Part shown: positions 9,483 through 19,036 of the stretch, in pieces | Position numbering within the stretch: the stretch's first letter is position 1 | Layout of the letters: every line of letters starts with the position of its first letter | From: Thermoproteota archaeon | GTDB taxonomy: Archaea; Thermoproteota; EX4484-205; JAAOZP01 | Reading direction: 5' to 3' | NCBI GenBank assembly: GCA_038850115.1 | Contig: JAWCMB010000004.1 | Location: forward strand, 7,091 to 71,090 | Length of the DNA stretch: 64,000 bases | Made by a program: the position numbers and the translations under genes | The notes under the pieces: model-generated | Database searches by the model: none | Told to the model about the DNA's origin: nothing | The model's input: the letters and a program-made list of their open reading frames with translations, nothing else

Positions 9483-10538
9483 CTACTTACTTAGCCTCGA
9501 AATATTTTTCCATGCCTCGTAGGCAGGCTTCTCCTCCCCGTTTCTCTTTATGAGGCCGATGTAGTCGTTTTCATCCAAATCATGCAGCCATGCCCAACCG
9601 AGCAGGTGCAAGCTTATTCCTTGCTCCCTAGTGAGGCGCCCTACTACTTGCATTATAAAGTCGGCTTGAGCTTGTTCACCGCCGAAAACACTCATTGAGG
9701 GCCAGCCTAGTTCGCTAAAGCCGAATGGTTTATCCGGCAAGTAGCCCAATGCTTCGGAGTAATAGTCATCAGGAATATTAGAAGGCCTAATTATTCCCTG
9801 AACCGCGTAAGGATAGCTTGTGAAGACAAGGAGGTCCATTTTCCCCGGGTCGAATATTGATAGAACACTAAGATCCGCCTCCCGGTTCTCAGACACTATT
9901 TCCCGAGCGAACGTACAGAAAACCTTGGTTTCAGGGGAGATCTTCTTTACCGCATCATATATCTCTTCATAGAGGCTGACAAAATGCTGGAAACCATTAG
10001 GATTATTTCCCTCCCTACCGTATTTCTCATACCACCGATTAACCTCATTACCAATAGAAAGATACAGTGGTCTTGAAGACTTCACCACATCGAGGACCGC
10101 TTGCTTATAGGCGTCCCTCCACACAGGGCTGCTTAGAGAAACGTTTCCCATGCCCGGCGGGGTTACAAGCGTGACGTTAGGTCCGATGAAGGAAACATGA
10201 ATCAACGGAAACATTCCGTTCCCACGTATGTTCTTATCTACAAATTCGCGTCCCCAGTTTCCAGACAGTTCTCCGGCGAGACTGTAGAACGGTGTCGGCC
10301 GTCCCCAAACAGGCGAGAACTCTGAGTACTGCGCTGCTTGAGAATAGGCTTCTTCGAAGGACTGGTTATCTCCGGGAACGGGGAGAACCCCCATGAAGAA
10401 GCCTCGATCAGGATTCTCAGGGGAGTCGGCGGGCTTTATTACTTCATCCTTAGAATGGTTCGGGCGACTGGACATTAAGACAACTACTAATGCAACCACG
10501 ATGAGAACAGACAGCAACAAGACCTTTTTAGCCGGCAT
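9483..10538 (-). CDS. Membrane-anchored extracellular clan GH-A (GH5-like) glycoside hydrolase, family uncertain
   Basis: It has an N-terminal TM helix. SIGNEVN is a candidate NE acid/base motif and FSELGW is a candidate nucleophile Glu motif. Confidence 0.6.
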   Translation of the reverse strand: MPAKKVLLLSVLIVVALVVVLMSSRPNHSKDEVIKPADSPENPDRGFFMGVLPVPGDNQSFEEAYSQAAQYSEFSPVWGRPTPFYSLAGELSGNWGREFVDKNIRGNGMFPLIHVSFIGPNVTLVTPPGMGNVSLSSPVWRDAYKQAVLDVVKSSRPLYLSIGNEVNRWYEKYGREGNNPNGFQHFVSLYEEIYDAVKKISPETKVFCTFAREIVSENREADLSVLSIFDPGKMDLLVFTSYPYAVQGIIRPSNIPDDYYSEALGYLPDKPFGFSELGWPSMSVFGGEQAQADFIMQVVGRLTREQGISLHLLGWAWLHDLDENDYIGLIKRNGEEKPAYEAWKNISRLSK

Positions 10539-10989
10539 CGTTTCTCTCTCCTAAACGTTAAACATCGAGGAGTTAGTAAGCCGGTTGCTTAAAAACCCTT
10601 AAGCATACGAAACTCTTCGCCTCAGAATGCAAAACATGTCGTAAAGGCTTTTTTAAAGCAACATACAAGAGACATTTATAAATGCTGGTTTAATTCTGAA
10701 ATTTATTCGTGGCTTTTGTTTTCACGAACCAGGCCTTTTATAACCCTATGTTGCTACTACCCCTGTCACGAAAACGATGTTCAGAATTAACAGATAAAGA
10801 TCGCCTAGCATAGTTTCAAATGTTGAAAAAATAAGTTGTTCATGCGTGCAACAGCATCATGGCTTAGATGCTGCCACCAGTACTGTTGTACATCCAAGCG
10901 AACAGTATTGTTCCGCAGAGTATTGCGTTTTTCATCTTCGGCTATAAATTCTTTTTCACATGCAGCCACCGCACTTTCCAACACAGTAG

Positions 10990-11074
10990 TGCGGGGGGTG
11001 GGATTTGAACCCACGAACCCCTACGGGACTGGAGCCTCAGTCCAGCGCCTTTAACCTGGCTTGGCGACCCCCGC
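10990..11074 (-). tRNA. tRNA-Leu(GAG), type II with long variable arm, no intron
   Basis: Reverse-complement fold: acceptor GCGGGGG/CCCCCGC, anticodon arm CTGGA-CTGAGGC-TCCAG, T arm GTGGG-TTCAAAT-CCCAC. Confidence 0.9.
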
Positions 11075-11353
11075 AGCCCGTTCTCTCTATGCAGTGGTGA
11101 ATTAAAAGTTTTTTGTATTCCTAGGGTAACGTAGCTCCTTACTGGGACTATGGTAGGAAGGGGTTTATCTGCTGGGAATATTGCGGTTAACACCTCTTAT
11201 TCTGCTGACTCGTCCTTTCAGGGAGTGAGATATAGGTGTTGATAAACTTCTCAAGGTCTTTTTGCTTTAGGATGATGCCTCACTAGATTTTAACGAGCGG
11301 AAAGGGTGAATAAAGTTTATTTAACGTGCCCTAAGGGTCTTAAAGGAGATTAG

Positions 11354-12565
11354 TTGGCAATAAACGTAAACCAACTGCGGACATACCCTGTACCGAAGCA
11401 GAAGATAGAGATCGTGGAGAGGAAGGGGCTTGGCCATCCAGATACCATTTCAGACATGGTTATGAACGAGCTTTCGGTTGAGCTCTGCCGGCTCTACCTT
11501 AAGGAGTTTAATAGGGTTCTACACTATAATCTGGATAAGAGCCTGCTGGTCGCTGGAGAGTCTGAGACAAGGTTTGGGGGAGGTGTTGTTAAGAAGCCGA
11601 TGAAGCTTATTTTCGGAGACAGAGCAACCTACAGTTTCAACGGCAGGGAGCTGCCTATAAAGGAACTCGCCGTTAATTCTGCTAAGAACTGGTTCAGGAG
11701 GAACCTAAGGTTCGTAGATCCGGATAAGCATGTTTCCTATGAGGTTCAGATAGGGAGGAGCGCACCGAACCTGGCGGATATTTTCAAGCGGGGAGGAGAG
11801 TTCTTGGGTGCTAACGATACTTCTGCAGCTGTTGGATATGCCCCATTATCTCCTTTGGAGAAACTCGTGCTCAATGTCGAGCAGCATTTGAACGGCAGTG
11901 AGTTTAAAAAGGAGTTTGAGGAAACTGGTGAGGATATTAAGGTGATGGGTTACAGAGTAAACAGCGTGGTAGACCTAACTATAGCAATGTCCTACGTGGA
12001 CCGTTTCATAGATAGTGAAGAAGCCTATTTTAAGTCTAAGAAGGAGGTTGTTGAACATTTGAAGGAGTATGCCGTCAACAACTATGATTTTAAAAAGGTC
12101 AATATTACTTTAAACAGTTTAGACACTAAGGGGAGGAGGGAGGAGGGGATTTATCTGACCGTAACCGGTACTTCTGCCGAGGCGGGAGACAGTGGGCAGG
12201 TTGGTAGGGGTAACAGGGTGAATGGGGTTATAGCTCTGCTAAGACCTGCGGGTTCAGAAGCTGCTGCTGGTAAGAATCCTGTTAGCCATGTTGGAAAAAT
12301 ATATAACCTTCTCTCATTTAAAATTGCTAATGATGTAGTCGACAAGGTCGATGGTGTTGAGGAGGTTTACGTGTGGCTTCTCAGCCAAATAGGAGTGCCC
12401 GTCAACAAGCCTAAACTGGTTTCAGTACAGGCGGTTCTTGAAGAAGGCCTGAACATGGAGGTTTTAGAGAAGCCTATAGCAGAGGTTGTTGAAGAAAGCC
12501 TGAGCGACGATTCGCTTAGGAGCTTCATAAACGATCTGATAGAGGGAAAACTGAAAGTATGCTGA
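11354..12565 (+). CDS. metK: Archaeal-type S-adenosylmethionine synthetase (MAT)
   Basis: [13 protein letters not shown] and the C-terminal SHVGKIYN are typical of the archaeal MAT family. The length is 403 aa and the start is TTG. Confidence 0.9.
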   Translation: MAINVNQLRTYPVPKQKIEIVERKGLGHPDTISDMVMNELSVELCRLYLKEFNRVLHYNLDKSLLVAGESETRFGGGVVKKPMKLIFGDRATYSFNGRELPIKELAVNSAKNWFRRNLRFVDPDKHVSYEVQIGRSAPNLADIFKRGGEFLGANDTSAAVGYAPLSPLEKLVLNVEQHLNGSEFKKEFEETGEDIKVMGYRVNSVVDLTIAMSYVDRFIDSEEAYFKSKKEVVEHLKEYAVNNYDFKKVNITLNSLDTKGRREEGIYLTVTGTSAEAGDSGQVGRGNRVNGVIALLRPAGSEAAAGKNPVSHVGKIYNLLSFKIANDVVDKVDGVEEVYVWLLSQIGVPVNKPKLVSVQAVLEEGLNMEVLEKPIAEVVEESLSDDSLRSFINDLIEGKLKVC

Positions 12566-14001
12566 GCCAAGAGGAGACTGGTAAGCTTAAGATAGGACTT
12601 GAGGTACATGTGCAGCTAACCAATTTAAAAACCAAACTTTTCTGCCCTTGTCCTTCAGACTACCGTGGGAAGAAGCCGAATGAGAACGTTTGCCCAATCT
12701 GCCTAGGACTGCCTGGCACACTGCCGCAGGTCAACAGGAAGGCTGTTGAAAGCGCTATAGCTGTTTGTCTTGCCTTCCATGCAAGAGTACAACCATATGT
12801 TGTTTTCAGCCGGAAGAACTATTTCTACCCAGATATGAATAAGAACTATCAGATAACGCAGTACGATAAAGCGGGGGGGATGACTATAGGCGTTGGGGGA
12901 CACGTCGTTATAAGTCTCGATGGAGAAAGGAGGGAGATACCTTTCAGAAGAATACAGCTTGAAGAAGATCCGGGTAGACTTGTCCATGTTGAGAAAGGAG
13001 GAGTTAGGAAAACCTACATAGACTATAACAGGGCAGGAATATCTCTTGTAGAGATCGTCACAGAACCGGTTATGCACCAGCCTAAAGAGGCCCGTTTAGC
13101 CTTGGAAAAAGTGCAGACGACCTTGGAGCATCTTGGTGTTCTTGACCCCTCTTTCGAGGGGTCAATGAGGTGTGATGCAAACGTTTCTTATGCTGGAGGA
13201 GCAAGAGTAGAGATAAAAAATATTAATTCCTTCAGGGAAGTGGAGCAGGCATTACGTTTCGAAGAACTCAGGCTATCTTACCTTCCTAAGCTGGAGAGTA
13301 CTGTTACGAAAAGGTGGGGGGAGAAGGAGGGTGTTACCGCAACATCCAGGGAGAAAGAGACGGAGGAAGATTATCGTTATTTTCCCGAGCCAGACATACC
13401 GCCGATACTTATAGATGAGGAGCTTATTGAGAGGATTATGAGGAGCTTGCCTGAACTGCCTGACGAGAGGATGGAGAGGTTCGCCAAGGTATATGAATTG
13501 CCTGAAAAACTAGCCTCTATCCTAGTTTCCGAGAAACCTGTTGCAGATTTTTTCGAAGAAACTTTGAAGTTTTTAAACGACCCTAAGGAGGTTGCGTGCT
13601 GGCTTACTAATGAGGTTGTGAGAAGATGGAGGGAATGTGGTGTTGATTGCAGGAAAAGCTTGTTTAAACCCAGGGATTTGGCGAAGCTTATCAGCATGTT
13701 GAAGGAAGGCGTTTTAACTCCACGTATGGCTAAGAATATTCTCTGGGATGTGGTTTTAACAGGGGAAAATGTTGAGGAATACGTTGGACGAAGAGGACTT
13801 AGCATAATAAGAGAACCGGATGTGCTCGTATCAGCAATTCTTAAGGTTTTAGAGGAGAACCCTGGTCTTAAAGAAGACTCTTCTAAGAATAAGCGTGCAG
13901 CCGACTTTATATGCGGAGAGGCTCAGAAAAAGCTTGGTGGAAGAGCAGACCCGATTATGCTTAGAGCTGAGGTTGAGAAGCTGGTTAAGGAGTTTAGCTG
14001 A
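12559..14001 (+). CDS. gatB: Asp-tRNA(Asn)/Glu-tRNA(Gln) amidotransferase subunit B
   Basis: It contains GLEVHVQL...KLFCPC...CPICLGLPGTLP and a C-terminal YqeY-like domain. The 480-aa length fits GatB rather than the longer GatE. Confidence 0.85.
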   Translation: MLSQEETGKLKIGLEVHVQLTNLKTKLFCPCPSDYRGKKPNENVCPICLGLPGTLPQVNRKAVESAIAVCLAFHARVQPYVVFSRKNYFYPDMNKNYQITQYDKAGGMTIGVGGHVVISLDGERREIPFRRIQLEEDPGRLVHVEKGGVRKTYIDYNRAGISLVEIVTEPVMHQPKEARLALEKVQTTLEHLGVLDPSFEGSMRCDANVSYAGGARVEIKNINSFREVEQALRFEELRLSYLPKLESTVTKRWGEKEGVTATSREKETEEDYRYFPEPDIPPILIDEELIERIMRSLPELPDERMERFAKVYELPEKLASILVSEKPVADFFEETLKFLNDPKEVACWLTNEVVRRWRECGVDCRKSLFKPRDLAKLISMLKEGVLTPRMAKNILWDVVLTGENVEEYVGRRGLSIIREPDVLVSAILKVLEENPGLKEDSSKNKRAADFICGEAQKKLGGRADPIMLRAEVEKLVKEFS

Positions 14002-14003
14002 AA

Positions 14004-15323
14004 ATGCTTGAAAACCTTTCTGAGAGACTTCAAAATGCACTCAGGTTTATTACAAGGCAGGCTTATATAAGTGAGAGAGAAGTCTCGGAATATCTGCGAG
14101 AGATTCAGCGGGCATTGATAATGGGAGATGTCGATGTGAGGCTTGTAAGCCAGCTTACTGAGGAGATTAAAACAGAGTTTAAGGAGGCGGCGGAGGATTA
14201 TGGCGTATCCTTAAAAGACAGGATAGTTTATTCGACTTACCAAGGGCTTATCCGGATACTTGGAGGCGAGAAGAAAGAGCTTCGCGTAGTGCCCAATCAG
14301 CTTAATGTCTTTGTCTTCATGGGTATACAGGGCTCTGGGAAAACGACTAGCGTCGGCAAGGTTGCCTATTTTCTTAACAAGAAGAAAAATAAGAGTGTAG
14401 GGGTAATAGCTGGTGATGTTTTCAGACCTGGGGCTGCGGACCAGCTGAAACAGCTCTTAGAGGGCACTGGCGTACCGCTGTACTCTGATCCCCTTGGAAA
14501 ATCATCCGTGGAAGTCATAAAAAATGGTGTTAAATGGGCTAAAGGGCTCGGCCTTGAAATCGTCCTCGTGGATACCGCTGGAAGACACAGGACTGAAGAG
14601 GCTTTGATGGATGAGATGAAGCAGATAATAGATGAGGTGGACCCCACTGCGACAATACTTGTTGTCGACGCCATGATAGGCCAGCAGGCAAGAGTGCAGG
14701 CAGAGGCTTTTAACAGGGTTGCTAAAGTAGGGTATGTTATCGTCACGAAGCTGGATGGCTCGGCCAAGGGTGGAGGAGCCCTTTCAGCAGTAGCTTCAGT
14801 AGGAGCTCCAATAGTATTCATAGGGGTAGGAGAAGATCTGGAGGAGTTTGAAGAGTTTGACCCTGTCAAATTCGTCTCCAGATTACTAGGAAGACCCGAC
14901 TTAGAATCAATAGTTGCCAGAGTACAGAAAATGACCAAGGAGGAACAACTTAGGATGCAGAAGATCGCTCATGGTAAGTTCACTATCGAGGAATTTATAC
15001 AACAACTGGAATCAGTTAAGAAGCTTGGTAATCTTCAAGCACTTTTACTAAATCTTCCAGGAGGTAAGAAACTGAGTAAGAAGGAGATGGAGGAGGTTTT
15101 CGGGAAAGTGAAGAAATGGAAGGCGATCGTAAACTCTATGAGCATAGAGGAGCGTGAAGACATCACGATAATAGATTCTTCAAGAATAAAACGTATCGCG
15201 AAAGGCTCGGGGACTTCTGAGAAAGAGGTTAGAGAGCTTCTTAAACAATACGTTACTACAAAGAAAGCCATCAGAAAGATGTCTAAAGGGGCCTTGAGAA
15301 ACATATCTCATTTGAGGTTTTGA
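14004..15323 (+). CDS. srp54: Signal recognition particle 54-kDa protein
   Basis: The N, G and M domains are present. Motifs are GIQGSGKTT, DTAGR and TKLDG..KGG, with a Met/Lys-rich M domain. Confidence 0.95.
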   Translation: MLENLSERLQNALRFITRQAYISEREVSEYLREIQRALIMGDVDVRLVSQLTEEIKTEFKEAAEDYGVSLKDRIVYSTYQGLIRILGGEKKELRVVPNQLNVFVFMGIQGSGKTTSVGKVAYFLNKKKNKSVGVIAGDVFRPGAADQLKQLLEGTGVPLYSDPLGKSSVEVIKNGVKWAKGLGLEIVLVDTAGRHRTEEALMDEMKQIIDEVDPTATILVVDAMIGQQARVQAEAFNRVAKVGYVIVTKLDGSAKGGGALSAVASVGAPIVFIGVGEDLEEFEEFDPVKFVSRLLGRPDLESIVARVQKMTKEEQLRMQKIAHGKFTIEEFIQQLESVKKLGNLQALLLNLPGGKKLSKKEMEEVFGKVKKWKAIVNSMSIEEREDITIIDSSRIKRIAKGSGTSEKEVRELLKQYVTTKKAIRKMSKGALRNISHLRF

Positions 15324-16666
15324 AAAACATGGATTTATTATGGTATTTAAAGAAAATCATGCTATCAGTTCCGCTTTGTGATAGGTGCCTGGGTAGACAG
15401 TTCTCAAACCTCATGCCCTCTCACGATAATGAGGCTAAAGGCAAGGTTTTGAAAAATTTTCTCTTTATGAACGAGGCCCTAGTTAAGGAGGAAAAATCAA
15501 GAATATCCTTGAAAATAATCAAGGCTTTAGCCGAATCTGGCCACGATTTTTCGTTAGGCTTTCTTAGGAGGAACTTTGGGTTGAACATAACCCCTAAGCC
15601 ATGTTATATCTGTGATAATAAAATTAACTCTTTGATAGATAGAGCAGTCGCCAGAATTGTTGAGAAGTCGCCGGAAGTAGAGTTTAAAACTTTTTACGTT
15701 GGGCTCACCCTTCCAGTTTTATTCGAAGAAAAGGATGAGAAAGTAAAGTCGTTCTTTAAATTGAAGTTTGGCGAGGCTTTGAAAAACGAGCTTAATAGGG
15801 AAATAATCGGGAAGATTGGAAGAAAGTTAAGGAAGAACCCGGAGATGAGGAGACCTGACGTTCTTTTCATATACGATGCTATAAGGGATCAGGTTTCTAT
15901 GCAAATAAATTCAGTTTTCCTCAAATCCAGCTATAAAAAGCTTGTTGGAGGAATCGCCCAAACAAAGTGGCGAGGAGTCGGCGAGGGTTCAACACCATCT
16001 ATAGAAAAGATGCTGGAAGAGATTATTCTAACAGCCTACAGAGGAAGAGGTTTAAAGTTTCACGGTGCCGGGAGGGAAGACGTTGATGTAAAGATGCTTG
16101 GAGAAGGAAGACCATTCATAGTTGAGATACTTGAACCCAAGATCAGGAGTGTGGATTTAAAGAAAATTCGTTCAGAATTTAACAGAAGGTTCGGAAAAAT
16201 GGTTGAGGTGTCTGAATTCGCCGAGGCAACCTATTTAGATGTACCCCGGCTTAAGCTTGAGACTGAAAGCCGCAGAAAAAGTTACAGAGTTGTGTTTGAA
16301 ACTGAAAGAGAAGTCTCGGAGAAAGAGTTGGAAGGTTTGTCGGCAAAGCTCACGGGGATCGTGGTTAAGCAGAGAACTCCTCTCAGGGTTTTAAAAAGAA
16401 GGAAAGACAAGATTAGGAGAAAAACCATTTACGAGGCTGTTTTCAGGCGTCTCGGAAGCAGCCTTTACGAGGCTTTCGTAACATGCAGTGGGGGCCTTTA
16501 TGTTAAAGAGTTTTTCCACGGAGACGAGGGTAGAACAGTACCGTCTGCAGCTGGGCTTCTTAACACGAAGATTAAAATAGTGGAAATGGAAGTAACAGGT
16601 ATCGAAGGTGGTTATGTAGATGCCTCAAACCTCCGGAAGAAGAATAAAGACGAGAAGTCTGCTTAA
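15320..16666 (+). CDS. pus10: tRNA pseudouridine(54/55) synthase Pus10
   Basis: It has the N-terminal Zn motif CDRCLGRQF...CYICD, a THUMP-like region, and a C-terminal catalytic domain (GREDVDVKMLG.GRPF). Confidence 0.85.
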   Translation: MKNMDLLWYLKKIMLSVPLCDRCLGRQFSNLMPSHDNEAKGKVLKNFLFMNEALVKEEKSRISLKIIKALAESGHDFSLGFLRRNFGLNITPKPCYICDNKINSLIDRAVARIVEKSPEVEFKTFYVGLTLPVLFEEKDEKVKSFFKLKFGEALKNELNREIIGKIGRKLRKNPEMRRPDVLFIYDAIRDQVSMQINSVFLKSSYKKLVGGIAQTKWRGVGEGSTPSIEKMLEEIILTAYRGRGLKFHGAGREDVDVKMLGEGRPFIVEILEPKIRSVDLKKIRSEFNRRFGKMVEVSEFAEATYLDVPRLKLETESRRKSYRVVFETEREVSEKELEGLSAKLTGIVVKQRTPLRVLKRRKDKIRRKTIYEAVFRRLGSSLYEAFVTCSGGLYVKEFFHGDEGRTVPSAAGLLNTKIKIVEMEVTGIEGGYVDASNLRKKNKDEKSA

Positions 16667-16907
16667 GAAAAACGTTAGAGAGAAGGGAATTAAAACTCCC
16701 TCATACCTGCTGCAGGATTACAAGCCTGGAGACAAGGTGGTCTTAAAATATGACCCATCGATTCATAAAGGAATGCCTCACAGAAGGTTTTATGGCAAAA
16801 TAGGAACCGTAACTGGTAAAAGAGGGAAAGCATATGTCCTCCAAGTGATAGACGGTGATAAAACAAAAACTTTAATTGTGAGGCCCGAGCATTTGAAGAG
16901 GCTGTAG
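16620..16907 (+). CDS. rpl21e: 50S ribosomal protein L21e
   Basis: It is 95 aa and basic, with the SH3-like signature HKGMPHRRFYGKIGTV.G. It overlaps the pus10 3' end by 47 nt. Confidence 0.9.
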   Translation: MPQTSGRRIKTRSLLKKNVREKGIKTPSYLLQDYKPGDKVVLKYDPSIHKGMPHRRFYGKIGTVTGKRGKAYVLQVIDGDKTKTLIVRPEHLKRL

Positions 16908-16909
16908 AC

Positions 16910-17239
16910 ATGGGAATTCAGAAGATATCTGAAACAGACATAACGATACCCGAGGCGCTGGAAACCCTTTCAGAACAGGATAATCTGAAACAATATCAAC
17001 GACTGGTCTTAGATTATTTGAAAGAGGCATCTAAGCTTCCTGCGGATAAGGCTAAAAAACTCTTGGAAGAACTCGTGAGGGAGGCCGGGCTTACGAGAAA
17101 GGAGGCAGTGATGCTTGTTAACATATTACCAAAGAGTAAGCATGAGATAATGGCGATACTGTCAGGAGGAAGAGATAAGGAGTTTCTGACACTGGAAAAA
17201 GCTGAAAAGATTAAAAGCATCATAGACAAATACGTTTAA
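16910..17239 (+). CDS. rpoF: DNA-directed RNA polymerase subunit Rpo4/F
   Basis: It is 109 aa with EAVMLVNILPKSKHEIMAIL, an HRDC-like motif of RpoF. It sits in the conserved position downstream of L21e. Confidence 0.75.
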   Translation: MGIQKISETDITIPEALETLSEQDNLKQYQRLVLDYLKEASKLPADKAKKLLEELVREAGLTRKEAVMLVNILPKSKHEIMAILSGGRDKEFLTLEKAEKIKSIIDKYV

Positions 17240-17266
17240 AGCCTGCTGAAACGTTTCTTAAAGCGC

Positions 17267-17659
17267 TTACTTGACACGCATTATTTTCTGTTTCCCACCG
17301 ACCCGCCAATACTCCACGGTTACTCCTTGAGCTATACTTGCCTTAAGATCCTGGTCTTGGGGCAGGGGCATTTCAAAAACAGCGTATGTTTCAAGGTCCA
17401 TTATTTGCACATTGTCGCCCATTAACGCAAGCACTTGGGCGCTTCTCTTTTCTATCATTGGAACCTCCACCTTAGTGTCAACCGGGCTTAGCAGGGTGTG
17501 TTTAGACCCATCGAACAGGCCTATTCCTACGACACGGGCTTTAGCGCTGCCATGCTTACCGGGCTTAGAATGTGAGATCTCTACTATTTGACAGGGCTCG
17601 TTATCAATCATAAGCCAAGACCCCTCTTTTAACTCTCCCAGTTCAACTACTTTACCCAT
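17267..17659 (-). CDS. eif5a: Translation initiation factor 5A (aIF5A)
   Basis: It carries the hypusination loop [13 protein letters not shown]. The 130-aa length is typical. Confidence 0.9.
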   Translation of the reverse strand: MGKVVELGELKEGSWLMIDNEPCQIVEISHSKPGKHGSAKARVVGIGLFDGSKHTLLSPVDTKVEVPMIEKRSAQVLALMGDNVQIMDLETYAVFEMPLPQDQDLKASIAQGVTVEYWRVGGKQKIMRVK

Positions 17660-17709
17660 TTTAAGGAAAACTAATAAGTTACGGTATTTAAAAACTTATG
17701 TAGCGGAAG

Positions 17710-18516
17710 ATGGTAAACGCAGGTAAGATAGCGGTAGTCTATAAAACCAGGGAGCCGGAAACCCTAAGGGTTATTGAGGTAATTAAGAGAACCTTGAAAC
17801 CGGGGGTTGTAGAGGAGCACCCTCTACCCAGTCTGACCGGGAAAACTCTTCAAGGTTTCGATTTAATCGTCTGTCTAGGTGGAGACGGAACTCTCATAAG
17901 AACCTCTAGGGCGGTTAATAATAAGGCCCTCATCCTTCCAGTAAACATGGGGAAGAAAGGTTATTTGATAGAAGCGGATCCTGAAAACTTGGAATCTTAC
18001 TTGAAAAAGTTCCGCGAAAATATTTTTCTGGTTGAAAAATGCTTCAAGCTGAAAATAGATTACTGTGACAGGGTGTTGAACGCAGTAAACGAGGTTGCGA
18101 TTAGGAACGTAATGGGCTTAAAACAAGTGGAGCTACTGGTGGAATTGGGTTGGGGAAGCTTCATAGTTGAGGGGGACGGGTTACTAGTTTCAACCCCGCT
18201 CGGCTCCTCCGCCTATTCGCTGAATGCAGGAGGACCGTTTGTATTATCCAGTGTAAACGCCCTGGTATGCACACCTTTATGCGCTAGAAAGCCTTTGAGA
18301 CCGTTAATAGTTAATAAAGACGAGGTTATAAAAGTGAAATATTTAAGCGGCGAGGAAATACATATGATAATAGATGGGGAGGAGGCACTCAAGGTGAACC
18401 TTGAGGAAACCATAAGGATCACCGGGTCGAGCGAAACAGTTAATATCGTACGGTTCTCCGATTCTTTTAACATCAAGCGTATGAGCAGGTTGGCTGGAGG
18501 TATTGAGAATGGTTAA
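17710..18516 (+). CDS. nadK: NAD kinase
   Basis: It has the GGDGT motif (LGGDGTLIR), NEV.I and the STPLGSSAYSLNAGGP motif. Confidence 0.85.
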   Translation: MVNAGKIAVVYKTREPETLRVIEVIKRTLKPGVVEEHPLPSLTGKTLQGFDLIVCLGGDGTLIRTSRAVNNKALILPVNMGKKGYLIEADPENLESYLKKFRENIFLVEKCFKLKIDYCDRVLNAVNEVAIRNVMGLKQVELLVELGWGSFIVEGDGLLVSTPLGSSAYSLNAGGPFVLSSVNALVCTPLCARKPLRPLIVNKDEVIKVKYLSGEEIHMIIDGEEALKVNLEETIRITGSSETVNIVRFSDSFNIKRMSRLAGGIENG

Positions 18517-19036
18517 ACAGGGGTATGTTTTAGATTCTACTGCCATAATACAGGGAGTGGACCCTACCTCGCTTAAAAGAGAATCTTTTGCCATAAGAGA
18601 GCTTTTGGATGAGATTGGGGAAATCGGAAAAAGATGGATGAGAATAAAGACGGCGATGATGCTGGGTAAGCTAGTGATTAGGGACCCCTCTATTGGAGGT
18701 ATGGAAAAAGTAGAACAGGTAGCTAAGGAGTATGGAGTATATGATAGGCTTTCGAAACCAGATATTAAAATCCTAGCCCTAGGCTATGAGTTATGCAGCG
18801 AAGAGGATTATGATATAGAGATAATAACTGACGATTATGATATTCAGAACACTGCTGCCATTCTAAATTTGAAATACATATCGGTAGGAATGAAAAAAAT
18901 AAGAAAAACATACTTATATGTTAAGTATTGCCCCGCCTGTAGAAGAAAATACCCAGGATATGCAGGAATCATCTGTCCGGTGTGCGGATATAGACTAATT
19001 GGCGTGAAAAAGGTTATTAATGACAATACTCGTTAA
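18503..19036 (+). CDS. Nob1-like PIN-domain endonuclease with C-terminal zinc ribbon
   Basis: It has an N-terminal PIN-like YVLDSTAII and an acidic ITDDYDIQN segment. The C-terminal motif is CPACRRKY...CPVCG. Confidence 0.65.
   Translation: MRMVKQGYVLDSTAIIQGVDPTSLKRESFAIRELLDEIGEIGKRWMRIKTAMMLGKLVIRDPSIGGMEKVEQVAKEYGVYDRLSKPDIKILALGYELCSEEDYDIEIITDDYDIQNTAAILNLKYISVGMKKIRKTYLYVKYCPACRRKYPGYAGIICPVCGYRLIGVKKVINDNTR

Noticed and set aside
10539-10989. A 450-bp ORF-free spacer, examined for an ncRNA (C/D box, SRP or RNase P RNA)
   Set aside because: I found only a 7-bp hairpin (CAGCATC-N8-GATGCTG, 10852-10873). There is no paired C (RUGAUGA) and D (CUGA) box and no extended conserved-looking structure. 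An ncRNA cannot be supported by eye.
10805-11193. Three overlapping ORFs (10805-11014, 10836-11054, 10942-11193)
   Set aside because: All of them overlap the clear tRNA-Leu(GAG) gene at 10990-11074. None has recognisable motifs.
14366-14938. Long antisense ORFs, for example 14366-14938, 35276-35905, 57881-58447, 1984-2475 and 59073-59531
   Set aside because: Each lies entirely opposite a confidently identified gene (srp54, proA, a permease, the BlaR1-like gene, the oxidoreductase). Each has Ser/Pro/Arg/Leu-rich composition typical of reverse-frame translation.
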